From Takakia lepidozioides (taxonomy: Eukaryota; Plantae; Bryophyta), in assembly GCA_030704615.1 (NCBI GenBank), contig CM060732.1:36828001-36892000 (forward strand): a stretch of DNA of 64,000 nucleotides, in the 5' to 3' direction. How positions within the stretch are numbered: the stretch's first letter is position 1; each line of letters opens with the position of its first letter. Made by a program: the position numbers and the translations under genes. Below the pieces are notes generated by a model. It was not told where the DNA came from and did no database searches. It worked only from the letters and a program-made list of their open reading frames with translations. Below are positions 24,411-37,178 of the stretch, piece by piece.

Positions 24411-25764
24411 ATGGATTTTTCGCTGGAGGAGTTCATCATATACACGACATTCGTTGTACTTTTGTTAGAAATGTCCGTTCAATCTTTGGGGGCTACGCAT
24501 GGATTTCCTCCTTTCACTCTTCCAGATTTCGATACAGAATCGATGCTTGCAAACATGCAACTTGTTCTTGCGACCTCTCTCATTATAACTCGGAGAATGT
24601 CATGCAATCTTGCCACAGTATTGGGAATAGAGCTTGGAGACTGGGTAAAACCACGCAGCACAAGTACATGGTTCAGCCATTTTCTTGTCACCGAATATGA
24701 CAGTGAACGTTGGATACAGAACTTTTGTATGTCAAAAGATACAATGCTCTACATTTGCAACAAGATAAAACGTCATGTTCGAAAAGAAAACACCAGATAT
24801 CACCTGGCCATTCATGTAGAAGTTCGGGTGTGCTGCACACTGTACAAACTTGCTCAAGGAGCAAACCTGTTGACTTGCAGCGAGTTCTTCGCAATTGACA
24901 AATCCACAATATCGTTGGTTATCAGAGATGTTGTTTGGGCCATTAATACAGTGTTCCGCAATTTGATATCATGGCCAACAGAAAATAAAATGGTCACTGT
25001 TATGGAGGACTTCCAAAAGTGGTGTGGCTTCCAAGCATACACGGTGCCATAGATGGCACGCATATAGCCATCGCAAAACCACCAGGTCCAGGAGCAGAGA
25101 CTACTACTACTTCAAGTCCTCATGTTACTCAATGGTTGCCCAGGCAGTAGTAGATAGCCAGAAAAAGTTTCTTGACTTGTACGTTGGCATGCCTGGGAGT
25201 GTGAACGACAGCCGAGTCCTTCGCCTCTCAAGTTCGTACCACCAAGCAATGTATCATGGACTCTTCGACCAAGCCAGGGGTTGTCAAGAAGGATTTACCC
25301 CATACCTATTGGGTGACAAGGGGTATCCTTGTATTTCTTGGATCATGACACCGTTTAGAGATGGACAACCTACAGTGTTCGAATTGCTCTATAATTGAAA
25401 GCATAGACAATGAAGGTTGGTTGTAGAAAATAGTTTTGGAATCATGAAAAAAACTTTCAGGGAAATGCTCCACAAAACTGAACTACACGTTGCCATTGTG
25501 CCAGACGTATTCACAGCTTGCTGTCTTTTACACAATCTGATTCGTAGTAGAAACTACGCAGATGTCGAAAGACTCATGAAAATAATTCAACGAGAAAATC
25601 TTGAATTGCCACGACATGAGCAAAATGAGATTCAGATAGAGCAAATACAAGACGCAAATTATGAGCAGCCGCAAAATCAAGCTGAAATTCAAGGACGAGA
25701 AACGTCGGGTCAAAATCTGGGCAATGTATTGGCGCACTATCTGGGATGTCAAATAATACAGTAA
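24411..25764 (+). pseudogene. Harbinger DDE (DDE_Tnp_4/HARBI1-like) transposase, disrupted
   Basis: GAIDGTHI across a frameshift near 25040, GMPGSVNDSRVLR, LLGDKGYP, VVENSFGIMK, ACCLLHN; internal stops. Confidence 0.9.
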
Positions 25765-25860
25765 TTGTTAAGGTAATGTCTGTTGTTCGGTCTACATGCT
25801 CTCTGCAATTATATCAAACTCCAGATGTGTCAATATTCAAATTGTAGTTGATCAAGCTGC

Positions 25861-27107
25861 TTATGTCAACATTCGTTCATCGTTGCTACTACGATCCTTT
25901 TCGATATCTGCATCTGGAATGTCATGTTTCTGTAGAAAGGCTTGTCCCATTACCTTGGTGAGGCCCGTTATAGCTGAGACCATATCTTTTTGAGTCCGAT
26001 TTAGTTCCTTGTCTCGAAGCTTAAAATAATCGAGTTGAGTGTGTAACAAGAATTCCTGCGCTTTTGCTCTCTTTTCCTCGATTTGCAGGTTCGTTTCATG
26101 GATCTTGTCGATGGATTCAACCAGCATTTGGTTACCTTTCTCTGTCACATCAATCGGCTGCTTTTGACTTGAAGACGACTTGCGCTTTACTCCGGTGCTT
26201 TCTATATTCTTTGATGATGCATCTGACGAAGAATCCGCAGGTTCAGGAGTCCCACGATTCGGGACAAGATTGGTTGGCTCACGAGTAGTACCTGGAAAAA
26301 TAGGTACAGTTTTTCTTGGAGGTATGAATGCTGCCTGGATAGCACTTACAGTACGTCTTGGTGCAAGAAGAGCTGTCTCCAGAATAGGGGAGTAGCCTTG
26401 AGTTTCGGAACCAGTGTCTGAAGCCTGGAAGTGTCGTCCCTGAGTACTCACTGTGTCTACAGACGGATCACCAATATGATGAGTCTCATGGTCAGACAGA
26501 ACATTGGTGTATAGACATTGTCATTGTTGACCATGAGGTAACGTGTATGAATAGGTCTGAACACTGGACGGTGCCCCATAAACGCTTGGATCATATCATA
26601 AATAGTGCGATTGAATTGACAGGGGAGATTGAGTTGCATTCTTTCCCTCGCTCCTAGATTCCAATACTCTTCACCCGTTCCTGTACCATTCTGGTAATCG
26701 TGAATACGTTTGAAGTCTCCAAATATGGAGCTCTATTTGTCCTTGCATGCTGCCCCATTCCGGTGATGCATGCAATGACTTGTTTTCATTATTGTAACTG
26801 AAATTTTATGTTATTTGCACACTGCACTTTCAAATTTGTCTCTTGGGTCAACAGTATCTAGGCTGGCTACATATTCGTCTTTTCTCGCAGTGACAAGTGC
26901 CAAGATCTCTGCGTATTCCCAATTGGGTTGGCGGGGTTTCTTGGTTTTTATCACAGGGTCTGAGCCAGAAGCAGACCGTGCAACCGCCTTCCCTTTGCAC
27001 TTCTTCTTCCGTTGGACTCCACCACTAGTATCATCAGATATTTCGACCGTTTCTGCATCTGAAGACAAACAAATCAATTGTGAATGACCGAGACAAACAT
27101 ATTGCAT
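25861..27107 (-). pseudogene. Harbinger Myb/SANT-like DNA-binding protein, disrupted
   Basis: RQPNWEYAEILALVTAR, C-terminal coiled coil, stops replacing conserved Trp codons. Confidence 0.7.
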
Positions 27108-28004
27108 AATGACAACAACTCAATTGTGAAAAGATTGTATGCAGTTAATGACTCACTCGGATAGTTATTTTCTTGGCCTTCAGTGTCATTGTTCTCGTTG
27201 TTCTAGTCATTATGTTAATTTTCAGCATCAGCGTTCGCAATTCCCATTATGTCCAGCAGCGACAACATGATGACTAATGAGTCCTAGATGAGTGTGTGTG
27301 CACAAATGCGTGAAGAGCATGCACAGGTGAGGAGTGTGTGTGCATATACTAGCGATGACAAGCACAGACGTGCACAGACAGACTAGCGATGGTGAGCAAG
27401 AGCGGGAGATGGTAGGAGCGCGATAAGTTATCAGTCCATTTTTGGCGCTCATAACTTGCCACCGAGAATCCTGAAAGATTTCTGTGGATTGTGTTAAGAT
27501 ACCACTAATGGTGTTAAGTGCAGTGGTAGCTTTGTCACCGGTGGTAAGTCAGATTCCACGTCAGAAAAAGTGGTAGCTAACTTTTTTGGTCTGAACGCAG
27601 GGATAAACTTACCACGCTGGGGATGTACTTAGCAGTGACTTAGCACCATGTGTGCACGGACCTTTAGGCACTAATGTGGTAGTTCAAGCTCATGATTAAT
27701 AGCAAATCGTAAGCTGAGTATTTTTACATGTGTTCCAACTAAGACCCTATTCATGTGGACCTATTAATAATTATACACTTATGATCCTATTCCCGTTGAT
27801 TTTATTCGCAATGAAAACAATTGTGAAATGCATCGTTTATGGTGAGCGGAGATAGATTATATAATAGATTGTGTAACATCAATGACACTCGAAGAAGAAA
27901 ACAATGATATATTCAAAGACAAATATATTCACTACTTTTAATACTTCACAACCTGTTTCTGTTAATACTTGCAATATTTAATGCATTACTAAGATCATCC
28001 TTAC

Positions 28005-28885
28005 GCAGAATGAAAATCAACAGTTTGTCAATGAATTGCTCATTTTCATGAAATGTGTTTTGTCTCAGATGTTGTACTTCATGTTCATTTTGGCTTGTAC
28101 TTTAAAGCCTAAATTTCTACTGATCAGAAGCTATATCAAATGATTTAAGCCCAAGAAAAAAAATAAACAATGTGTTTATTGGTCAGTGCGATATTTATGC
28201 TCACGTTCTTATTATGATAAACTGAAAAATCAAAAGCTTGCCAACAAACTATTGATTTTTCTTAAAGTTAATGAAACCTCAAATGTTTTTCCTCTCTTTT
28301 TTCATCTATAATAGGTAAGTTGGTTAATGCAACTTATGTTGTAAATGGCACATATTGAAAAATCAACAGTTTGTTGGCGAACTTGTGAGTTCCACAATAT
28401 GTCTTTTGTGTTATTTTATCGGTTATAAATATCTATACATGCGACACTAATGTTGTTAATGGGATTTTATAAAATCTCAAGGGTTCGTTATCGAATTGAT
28501 TTTCTCATGTCTGTGTGTCATTTTTCTTGTTTTCTTTGAATAAAATACAAATATTTTGTGTAGGTTTATTTAAAGCCACATCTACGTTATAAATGGGACA
28601 TGCTGAAAAAGAAACTGTTGATTTTCACACGTCTTTGTATTATTTCTTTCTGTTTTGTTTAAATTTCAAATATATTTTGTGTAGGTTTATTCAATGTCGC
28701 ACCTACGCTGTAAATGGGATATGCTGAAAAAAGAACAGTTCGTTGGCGAACTGTTGATTTTCACAATGAGTAAAATGCAATTATTTTTTATTTTAAAATT
28801 TTCAATTTTGTTTTTTTTTTGTTTTGTTTTTTTTTCTGCCTTGTTGGGTCAATGCGCACTCACGTTATAAATGGGATATGTGTAT
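28005..28885. repeat. AT-rich region with reiterated semi-palindromic motif GAAAATCAACAGTT..AACTGTTGATTTTC and about 120-bp tandem units
   Basis: Motif copies near 28011, 28223, 28356, 28604 and 28725 in both orientations. Confidence 0.55.
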
Positions 28886-30035
28886 TTTTAATTTTCAAAA
28901 CAACTAGTTTGTTTTAAGGCGTACACTAGATTGTTGGAGGCCGATTTTACATCAATATTAGAGAGTGTTTGTGAGATGGGTACCTCTTCGCGTCTCCGAG
29001 AACACTTCAATGTGGTTTATCAAGAGAAAGAGAAGGAAAATCAGGAAAGCACATTCTTGTTTTCTTGCCTCTTATGACCCAATCACCAAGATTGGAATGA
29101 TATTCTTGGAAACGTCATCGACACCCAACCACAGTCACCAGTTTGTGAAAGTGCACGAAGAAAACAGAGTCTCCCGAATCAGATCAACTTGAGGACGAAT
29201 CTTGCATCGGCTTTCAACGACGTTTATTACCTCAATATCAGTCACCCCTCTCGGAGTTCAACTGATCTACGTGTCCTTAAGTGACCACTTGAACAGTCTG
29301 CGTACTTCTCATATCCAAGGGTTGAATGTATTGTCACCTCCAGTAAAAACCAACAACGAAAAGTTGGCAAATGTTAATTGGTACATCTGATTGATTTTTT
29401 ATTTTTTTTGAGGGATTACAATATTTTGCCCACATGGAAAGTATCTAAGTTTCATCGAGGATATATTAGACAACAATATATGTGATTTACAAAATTGCCA
29501 ATAACATGTGTCCTTCAGCTTGAGGCCGATGCGTTTTCCACTGTTTTGGTTCGTAGTGGTTCTCCTGAAGCACAAGTCACACCCTATTGTTCTCTTTGGT
29601 GTCTAATCGATGCCAACCTAAGTCTTCATAGGCGTCTTTGATGGCAGTACCAAGTACCAACCAAGAAAAAAACGAGGAAAAGAGACGTTGAAAAACAGAT
29701 TGGAGGCCGGGCTTGTGGACAAGGGAAAATTTGAGACCTTAGTCATGGTTTATGTTGCGCTGATGCAAGTTTTTGGAATTCCTGGAGATTCAGTGTTGTA
29801 TAAACTTGGGAAGTAGACAAAATTTTCAACTGATTTTGCAAGAATGGGTGGCCTGTGTGAGTTTAGATGGAGCGGAATACAGTAGGGCATCCTTTTAGCA
29901 CTGTGGCCACTTCCAAATTATGCCAGGCTGCGCTGGATTTATACAACATTATTTTGAGATCTGCTTATACAATACTAGTCTTTTTGTTTTGGATTTTGAA
30001 ATTTTAGTATTCTAACCATTTATTTTTGAGGTTTT

Positions 30036-33000
30036 AAGAAGTTTATGTTCTATGTGGATCACCAGGCTCTGATATACCTGGTAAACAAACCTCTGATAAG
30101 CGGAAGAATAGCAAGATGGTTGATAATCTTGCACGAGTTTGAGTTCGAGGTTGTTTACAAGCCTGGGAGGCTGCATCTTGTGGCGGATCACTTGTCACGG
30201 TTATCAACAGGAGAACCAGCCACGGGAGTAGATGATCAATTACCAGATGCGAGTCTATTTGCAGTGGAGGTGCAGGGAAGTGCAGATGACTGGTTAGATT
30301 GGCAGTGGCCAATCAAATACTACCTTGCTCATGGTCAATGCCCACCAAGTTATGGAAAATAGCAGAGAAAGAGAATTGCTATCAAGGCTCTACCTTACAC
30401 TATGGTAGGGAGCAGAATGTATAAGCTAGGACCAGATGGAGTGCTGAAGCGATGCTTATACCACCATGAAGTTAATAAAGTTTTGGAGGAAGTTCATAAA
30501 GGAGTGGCAGGAGGTCATTTTGGAGAAGAGACTACCAGTAGGAAGATACTACATGCAGGTTACTGGTGGCCTACTTTGTTCAAAGATGTACACAAGTATT
30601 GTCAGAGTTGTGATGAATGTCAGAGGCTAGGACCTTTGCAGAGATCTGGGAAGATGGCTTTGCATCCTACAATGCCTACGGAACCATTTCAGAAATGGGG
30701 ACTAGACTTTGTTAGACCAATTAACCCACCAACCAAGAATACACTGAACATGTACATAATTACAACCACTGATTATACTACGAAGTGGGTAGAAGCTAAA
30801 GCTTTGAGGGACAACACAGCCAAGTCCACAGCAAGGTTCATGTATGAAAACATACTTACACAATTTGGCTGTCCCTTGGAATTTATCAGTGATCAGGGAA
30901 GTCAATTCATTAATGAGACTATAGAACTTTTAACTAAGGAGTTCATGATTGTGCACAAGAAGAGCACAACCTATTACTCACAAGGTAATGGACAGGCAGA
31001 GGCTACCAACAAAATACTATGTACTATCTTGGCTAAGATAGTCAATGCAAACAGAACGGATTGGGATACAAAGTTGCTGACAGCTTTGTGGTCATACAGG
31101 ACTTCATATAAAGTCACCACTAAGTATACACCATTCCAATTAGTTTATGGTATGGAAGCTTTACTTCCAGTGGAATTCCTGTTACCTACCATGAGAACGG
31201 AATGGGGAAAGAGAATGGAATTGCAAGATTCAATTAAGGTCAGGAAACATGAATTATACCATGTGGAAGAAGTACGTGCTGATGCAGCTGATAACATAAC
31301 CAGAATTCAGATGAAGAGAAATGAACAGTTTGATGAAGGCAAGATAAAGACTTTTAAGACGGGAGATTTGGTTCTCTGGTTGTAGAAGAAGGGAAAGATT
31401 AAAGCTTCTAAGCTTAAATCACCATGGAAAGGACCTCATGTCATACAGAAGATGTATGATAACAACACCGCCATGTTACAAACCATTAACAAAGAGATGC
31501 TGGGAAGAGTCAATGCCAATAAGTTGAAGGGGTACAGTGATATCCATGACAAACCATTGCAGCATGATTTGCATGTTGAAACGCAAAAGCAGTCACGGGC
31601 TGCACTAGTGATACCAACAGAGTATGAAGCACTTGTCGCTAGGCCGAGCGTATATGACCAGGGCGAACAGTACGGGCGCAACACAGCCTATCACAGCCCA
31701 GCAAGGCGCAACACAGCCTATCACAGCTCAGCACGGCGCAACACAGCCTATCACAGCTCACCACGGCGCGACACAGCCTATCACAACCTACCACAGCGTG
31801 TCACAGCCTATCACAGCTTACCACAATGCCACACAGCCTATCACAGCGTACCACAGTATGACACAGCCTGTCACAGCACAACACAACCTACTAGGGTTAT
31901 ACAGTCCATAGAATCCGTGACAGGTGGACGTGGGTTAACATCCGGAGAGTGGCCAGCGGAAAAGTGGACAAAGGCACGTGTAGAAATGGACACGTGGACG
32001 TTAGGGCGAGACACACAGCCGGACATGGATTGCAAAGGCGACTGTCATCAAGGAAAAAGACAAAATTGGCCGTCAAAGTACCTACCCGACACATTAACTT
32101 ATTATGGGCCCATTAATGCATACAAAGGGTAACGAAACCCTTTAAAAGTACCGAAAAGCGAAATCCATGTCACATGTGCTATCCTAGTGGACAGTCCAGA
32201 GTGGAAAATCCATGGAAGGAAATTAAATTATAAAATAAATCACACAGCCAACAGCCAATCACCAGCCGAAATTATCTGCAGAGGGTAATTTCCAAGAAAC
32301 GAAATCAAGAAAATGGAGGGATTTTAAGCGCAAGAGTCGGCGTCGTTCCAAGTAACGGGCGTCACAACGGGACAGACCATCAATGCTATAACTTTGAAGC
32401 TATGGAGGAACTAACAGACTATATGCTCGCGATACTACTTACGCAGTGGCACGGAGATAGAAGAACAGAGAGTATCTTTTCTCTTAATCGATGCTTGCAA
32501 GCCCCGCAGGCTTACAAGAAATTACCCATAGCATTTTGTGGCAACCATACGTTTATGCTTTGTGCCCTGCAGGCATTTCTTCAATTGTTACATCCAAAAC
32601 CTTTCTGTGGGTCTAGAATGAAGAGAGTGAGAAGAATGGAAGAAATCAGGGTGAAGAGCACCACAATCCTGCAGAAACAAACGATTGCTACTCCACCTGC
32701 GGTACAGTTACTGAAGGAGCTACGATTAGAAGGATTGCAAAGCAAAGATTGGACATTGCACCATAGGCAGTACATGTTACAATTCTTGCAGAACTTTGAG
32801 CCTAGGACAGGAGCAACAACGGTGAAGGGAGTTGAATTAGAAATTACTCCCCTATACCTACAACAATTATTTGAATTGTCATCAGGTCAGGTATATGTGG
32901 AGGAGCACAGGGCAAGACTGCAAATAGGGGACTTATTCCAAGAAGGGAGTTTCTTTAAAACTCAGGGTTACGCTTGTACCAAGGCCGTGTACCCAGGGCT

Positions 33001-33505
33001 AAAGGAGGTAGGCCGGTATTGAACGTTCTGTTTGCCATGAAACAGAACCAACAGTACTTGAGCAGATCCTTCACAGAGGAAATTCTCAAAGCCCTGAGAG
33101 GAGAAGAGGTAGCATGGGCGGACATAATGTACAACACACAGTAGAGGAGATGAAGAGATTATAGGGCACTGCCGGCAAAGTCTCCTATCATAGTGTCTGG
33201 CCCAATCATTGCTCAAATAATTCTTGATTCTTGCATACTTGATGCTCGGGAAAGAAAGAAGATGGGAGTGTTTGAGGCCGAAAACACTGCAATGGAAGAG
33301 CAAGGCTCTTCACACAGTGAGGGTGGACTGGCAGGGCAACCCCAGTCTAAGAGACAGGGGGAAAGACTGTAGTGGCGGATCCACTAGCTTCACGGAAACC
33401 GCATGATAATGTTTCCCAAGCTCTTGTGCAGGAAGGGGCACAGCCAGCACAGAGAGCTTCTTTATTGGAAGCAGGGCCTTCAGACGAGGAAAGGAAGTTA
33501 CTTCA
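30036..33505 (+). mobile_element. Ty3/Gypsy 3' half: RNase H C-terminus, integrase, tandem repeats and extra 3' ORF; runs into the gap
   Basis: KFMFYVDHQAL..IARW, HHCC (H..GGHFG..C..CQ), WGLDFV, SDQGSQF, NGQAEATNK, WKGPH; disrupted extra ORF from 32402. Confidence 0.9.
31681..31890 (+). repeat. 30-bp minisatellite, 7 copies (ACACAGCCTATCACAGC...)
   Basis: Units start at 31681, 31711, 31741, 31771, 31801, 31831 and 31861. Confidence 0.95.
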
Positions 33506-34005
33506 NNNNNNNNNNNNNNNNNNNNNNNNNNNNNNNNNNNNNNNNNNNNNNNNNNNNNNNNNNNNNNNNNNNNNNNNNNNNNNNNNNNNNNNNNNNNNNN
33601 NNNNNNNNNNNNNNNNNNNNNNNNNNNNNNNNNNNNNNNNNNNNNNNNNNNNNNNNNNNNNNNNNNNNNNNNNNNNNNNNNNNNNNNNNNNNNNNNNNNN
33701 NNNNNNNNNNNNNNNNNNNNNNNNNNNNNNNNNNNNNNNNNNNNNNNNNNNNNNNNNNNNNNNNNNNNNNNNNNNNNNNNNNNNNNNNNNNNNNNNNNNN
33801 NNNNNNNNNNNNNNNNNNNNNNNNNNNNNNNNNNNNNNNNNNNNNNNNNNNNNNNNNNNNNNNNNNNNNNNNNNNNNNNNNNNNNNNNNNNNNNNNNNNN
33901 NNNNNNNNNNNNNNNNNNNNNNNNNNNNNNNNNNNNNNNNNNNNNNNNNNNNNNNNNNNNNNNNNNNNNNNNNNNNNNNNNNNNNNNNNNNNNNNNNNNN
34001 NNNNN
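33506..34005. other. Assembly gap (500 N)
   Basis: Run of N. Confidence 1.
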
Positions 34006-37000
34006 TTCCACGCCGAGTTCGAGCTTTCATGGGTTGCAAACTATTATAGACGGTTTGTCAAGGGATTTAGTACCATGCAAAGGCTCTAACCAAGCTGACC
34101 AAGGTGGACAGGAGTGGCAGTGGGAAGATGAGCAGGAACGAGCTTTTCAGAGCTCAGGCGAGGTTGACCTCGGCGCCTATCTTGAGACGACCTATCAGGG
34201 GGCGTCCCTTTCAGCTGCATACGGATTGGAGCATGCGGGGCTTGGAGCGGTGTCACACAGGTGGATGATGAGGGAAGAGATTTCGTAGTGGCTTACGCTA
34301 GCCGCTCGAACAACGCTGCAGAGGCTAAGTACAGCTCATATGAGGGAGAGTGCTTAGCTTGCAGTGTGGGCCGTGGCACACTTCAGGTGCTATCTATACG
34401 GCAATCTTTCACCCTTGTCACGGATCACCAGCCACTCAAGTGGTTGATGGAGTCAGACAAACTTACGGGGAAGCTTGCACGGTGGGCACTTATACTCCAG
34501 GAGTATGACTTTCAGGTTGTGCATTGACCGGGTTTGGTCAATCGGGATGCGAATGGATTGAGTCGCAATCCATGCATGAGCCAGCAGGATGACACTGGAG
34601 AACGGTGGCATGGTGAGACGGACGAGGAGATGGTGCCGGGATGGCACGCATCTGCATTTTTGTGTATCTTGGCATCGGGAGGTCAGATTGGACCTACAAC
34701 AGGGATGACTGTAGACGGAGTGTCTGAGGACCCTGAGGCTAGTGATGAGCTAGGTGGTGCCAGAGATATACATGAGGATTCGGCTGTGTTGGACTACCTC
34801 CGCACGGGAGACACGGCAAGCCATTGTGACTGCCAGGGAGAGGGATCGGATCCTGCAACGAGCCAAGAGGTTCAAGTGGGAGGGGATACACCTACTTCGA
34901 GTGTGGGAGGATGGTCGGGTGAGGATTGTGCCTCAGCCCACACAACGTGCACGGTTAGTGCGGCATGCCCATGAGGAGTTGGGGCATTTTGGAGTGCGAC
35001 GCACTCACACTTTACTGCAGGGGCAGTATTGGTGGCGTGGTATGCATACAGAGGTGCAACAGTTTTGTGGCTAGGTGCATGGTGTGTGACAGGGTGCGTG
35101 CTTCATTCAACGCCCCTACACCACAGTTGCATCCTTTACCTAATCATGGGATTGGGCTACAGGTGGAGTCTTGACTTCGCAGGACCGTTGCCACTGACTA
35201 TGCGCCACCACAGATATGTGTTGGTGATGGTGGAGCACTTCTCCAAGTGGATTGAGTTGGTTCCATTGCCTGACAAGGCTAGTGAGGGGGCTGCGTATGC
35301 ATTCTTGGATCGTGTGCTTAGCCGATTTGGTGCTCCAGCTGAGGTACTCACGGACCAAGGGAGAGAGTTCTTGGGGGAGTTTCAGGCTTTGTGTGATAAA
35401 GCCTTGATAGACCACCGCACCACTTCTCGGGATCATCCTGAGGCCGATGGCTTAGCAGAGAGAGTTGTTCAGACGGTGAAGAGGGGTTTGCGCAAGTATG
35501 GCTTGCAGAAGGGACACCTAGGAGATTGGGATCTTCAGGTTCCTTGGTTAGCCATGGGCTACAGGTTCAGCAAACAAGCATCACTTGCCTCCTTCTCACC
35601 ATATTTCCTTCTCTTTGGCCGAGAGCCGGATTTGCCTGCAGCCATTCGTAGGGACACTGCTCAAGTCCTTAACCTTGACGATCCGGACATGTGGGTACGT
35701 GCATGTGATCAGCGTGCAGAGTTTGTTCAAGAAAGTCATGCCCATGGCTTTTGAGAACCTTGCCATTGCACAGCACCGTGATACGTTGAGGTATGCCACT
35801 ATACGTGGTGGAGGATATCGTCCTGGGGTTCGGAGGTTTAGCCCTGGTGACTATGTTTATTTGCAGCAGACTGCTCCTACGACTCTGGATGTTACTGCAG
35901 GGCGTGTTATTCTGAGGGTTCGAGAGGTGTTGCCCTCAGGGGTCCTGATCTTAGAGGGTCGGGATGGCATGACTTGGAAAGACCATGTGCGTAATTGTGC
36001 GCCATGTCACCTTCCCAATGTCGATGGCAGAGTTGACCCAAACTTGGCAGTGGTACCTGCAGGTTTGAGGTGCATGCTCTGTGGGTCTGCCAAAGGGGCA
36101 GCCACCATGCTGGTGTGTGATCGATGCTCAAGGGGTTGGCATATGGGATGCTTGACACCACCCTTGAGAAGGTTCCTGACGGAGATTGGTTGTGTCCACA
36201 CTGCTTGGGATAGTGGCAGTGGACATGACTGGAGGCAGCTAACAAGACATGGGAGGCCAAGCTCATAGGAGTCAATACATGAGATCCCAAGCTCAAGTTC
36301 ACAGGTTGCAAGACGGCGACTAACGATGGGGCAACTCTTGCACCCGGCCTCTTGATCTATCGAGTTTGAGTGTAGTAGGGATAGTGGTGGAGGACTTAGT
36401 GAGGCTATGGTCACTATCACATCTTGTGGCTACCTGGACTTAGAGGACCTAAGCACCAGCTAGGGGGGCGATTGTGTGGACTAGTGACTGCCATAGTGGG
36501 CAGCGTAGTGGCAGCCTAGTGACTGACTAGTTGTAGCCTAGTGGTTGGACTAGTGGCTGGACTAGTGGTAGACTAGTGGTATACTAGTGTGTGGTGTGCA
36601 CATGTGTTGTGTGGTTTTGGACAGCGATGTAGTTGTGCAGCGATATGTATGCGCACGACAGCTGTCAAGTTATTTTACCACTAGTGTGAAACTAGCTAGG
36701 AAATAGCTAGCTTTTACATATTGACATTTGGGATTGGCCCAAGTGTCAATCCAGGGGTCAAGGCAGATTTAGGCCCTGGAGTGGTTATCTTCACGGCAAG
36801 CGCATGAGGCTCATCTTTCTCGAGTTGAGCCTCACCGCGCCTAGCTATGGCGCCGTAGTGTGGATTCCCCATGGCGTGGGGTGCACTTGGCTTGACTTGT
36901 ATTTGAGTGATGAGGTTATATATGCATGAGTTTATGCTTCAGCTTTGTGAGCTCGCATGAGCTTGTGCTTGTATTCTTCTTCTTTATCATTGTGTGGACT

Positions 37001-37178
37001 AGTGACTGCCATAGTGGGCAGCGTAGTGGCAGCCTAGTGACTGACTAGTTGTAGCCTAGTGGTTGGACTAGTGGCTGGACTAGTGGTAGACTAGTGGTAT
37101 ACTAGTGTGTGGTGTGCACATGTGTTGTGTGGTTTTGGACAGCGATGTAGTTGTGTAGCGATATGTATGCGCACGACA
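34006..37178 (+). mobile_element. Ty3/Gypsy 3' part with integrase-linked PHD finger, PPT and 3' LTR
   Basis: NYYRRFVKGFS, VAYASRS..YSSYEGE, TDHQPLKWL, AHEELGHFG, WSLDFAGP, TDQGREF, CMLC..CDRCSRGWHMGCLTPPL..WLCPHC; PPT AGGGGGGCG at 36462-36470; many single-base frameshifts. Confidence 0.9.
36473..37178 (+). repeat. LTR region with A-B-A structure (188-bp direct repeats 36473-36660 and 36991-37178)
   Basis: TGTGTGGACTAGTG...GCGCACGACA occurs twice with one mismatch seen; TATA-like TATATAT near 36917. Confidence 0.9.

Larger units (their letters stand above)
24108..27663. mobile_element. PIF/Harbinger DNA transposon, full length and decayed
   Basis: Imperfect TIRs AGGTCAGTACACACCTAGTGGTA and (reverse complement) AGGTCCGTGCACACATGGTGCTA; TTA target duplication at 24105-24107 and 27664-27666; convergent DDE nuclease and Myb/SANT genes. 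Confidence 0.9.

Noticed and set aside
31681-31890. CRISPR-like regular array
   Set aside because: It is a contiguous 30-bp minisatellite inside a retrotransposon; the variable parts are related to each other.
33310-34089. Long ORFs across the N run
   Set aside because: Artefacts of translating the assembly gap.
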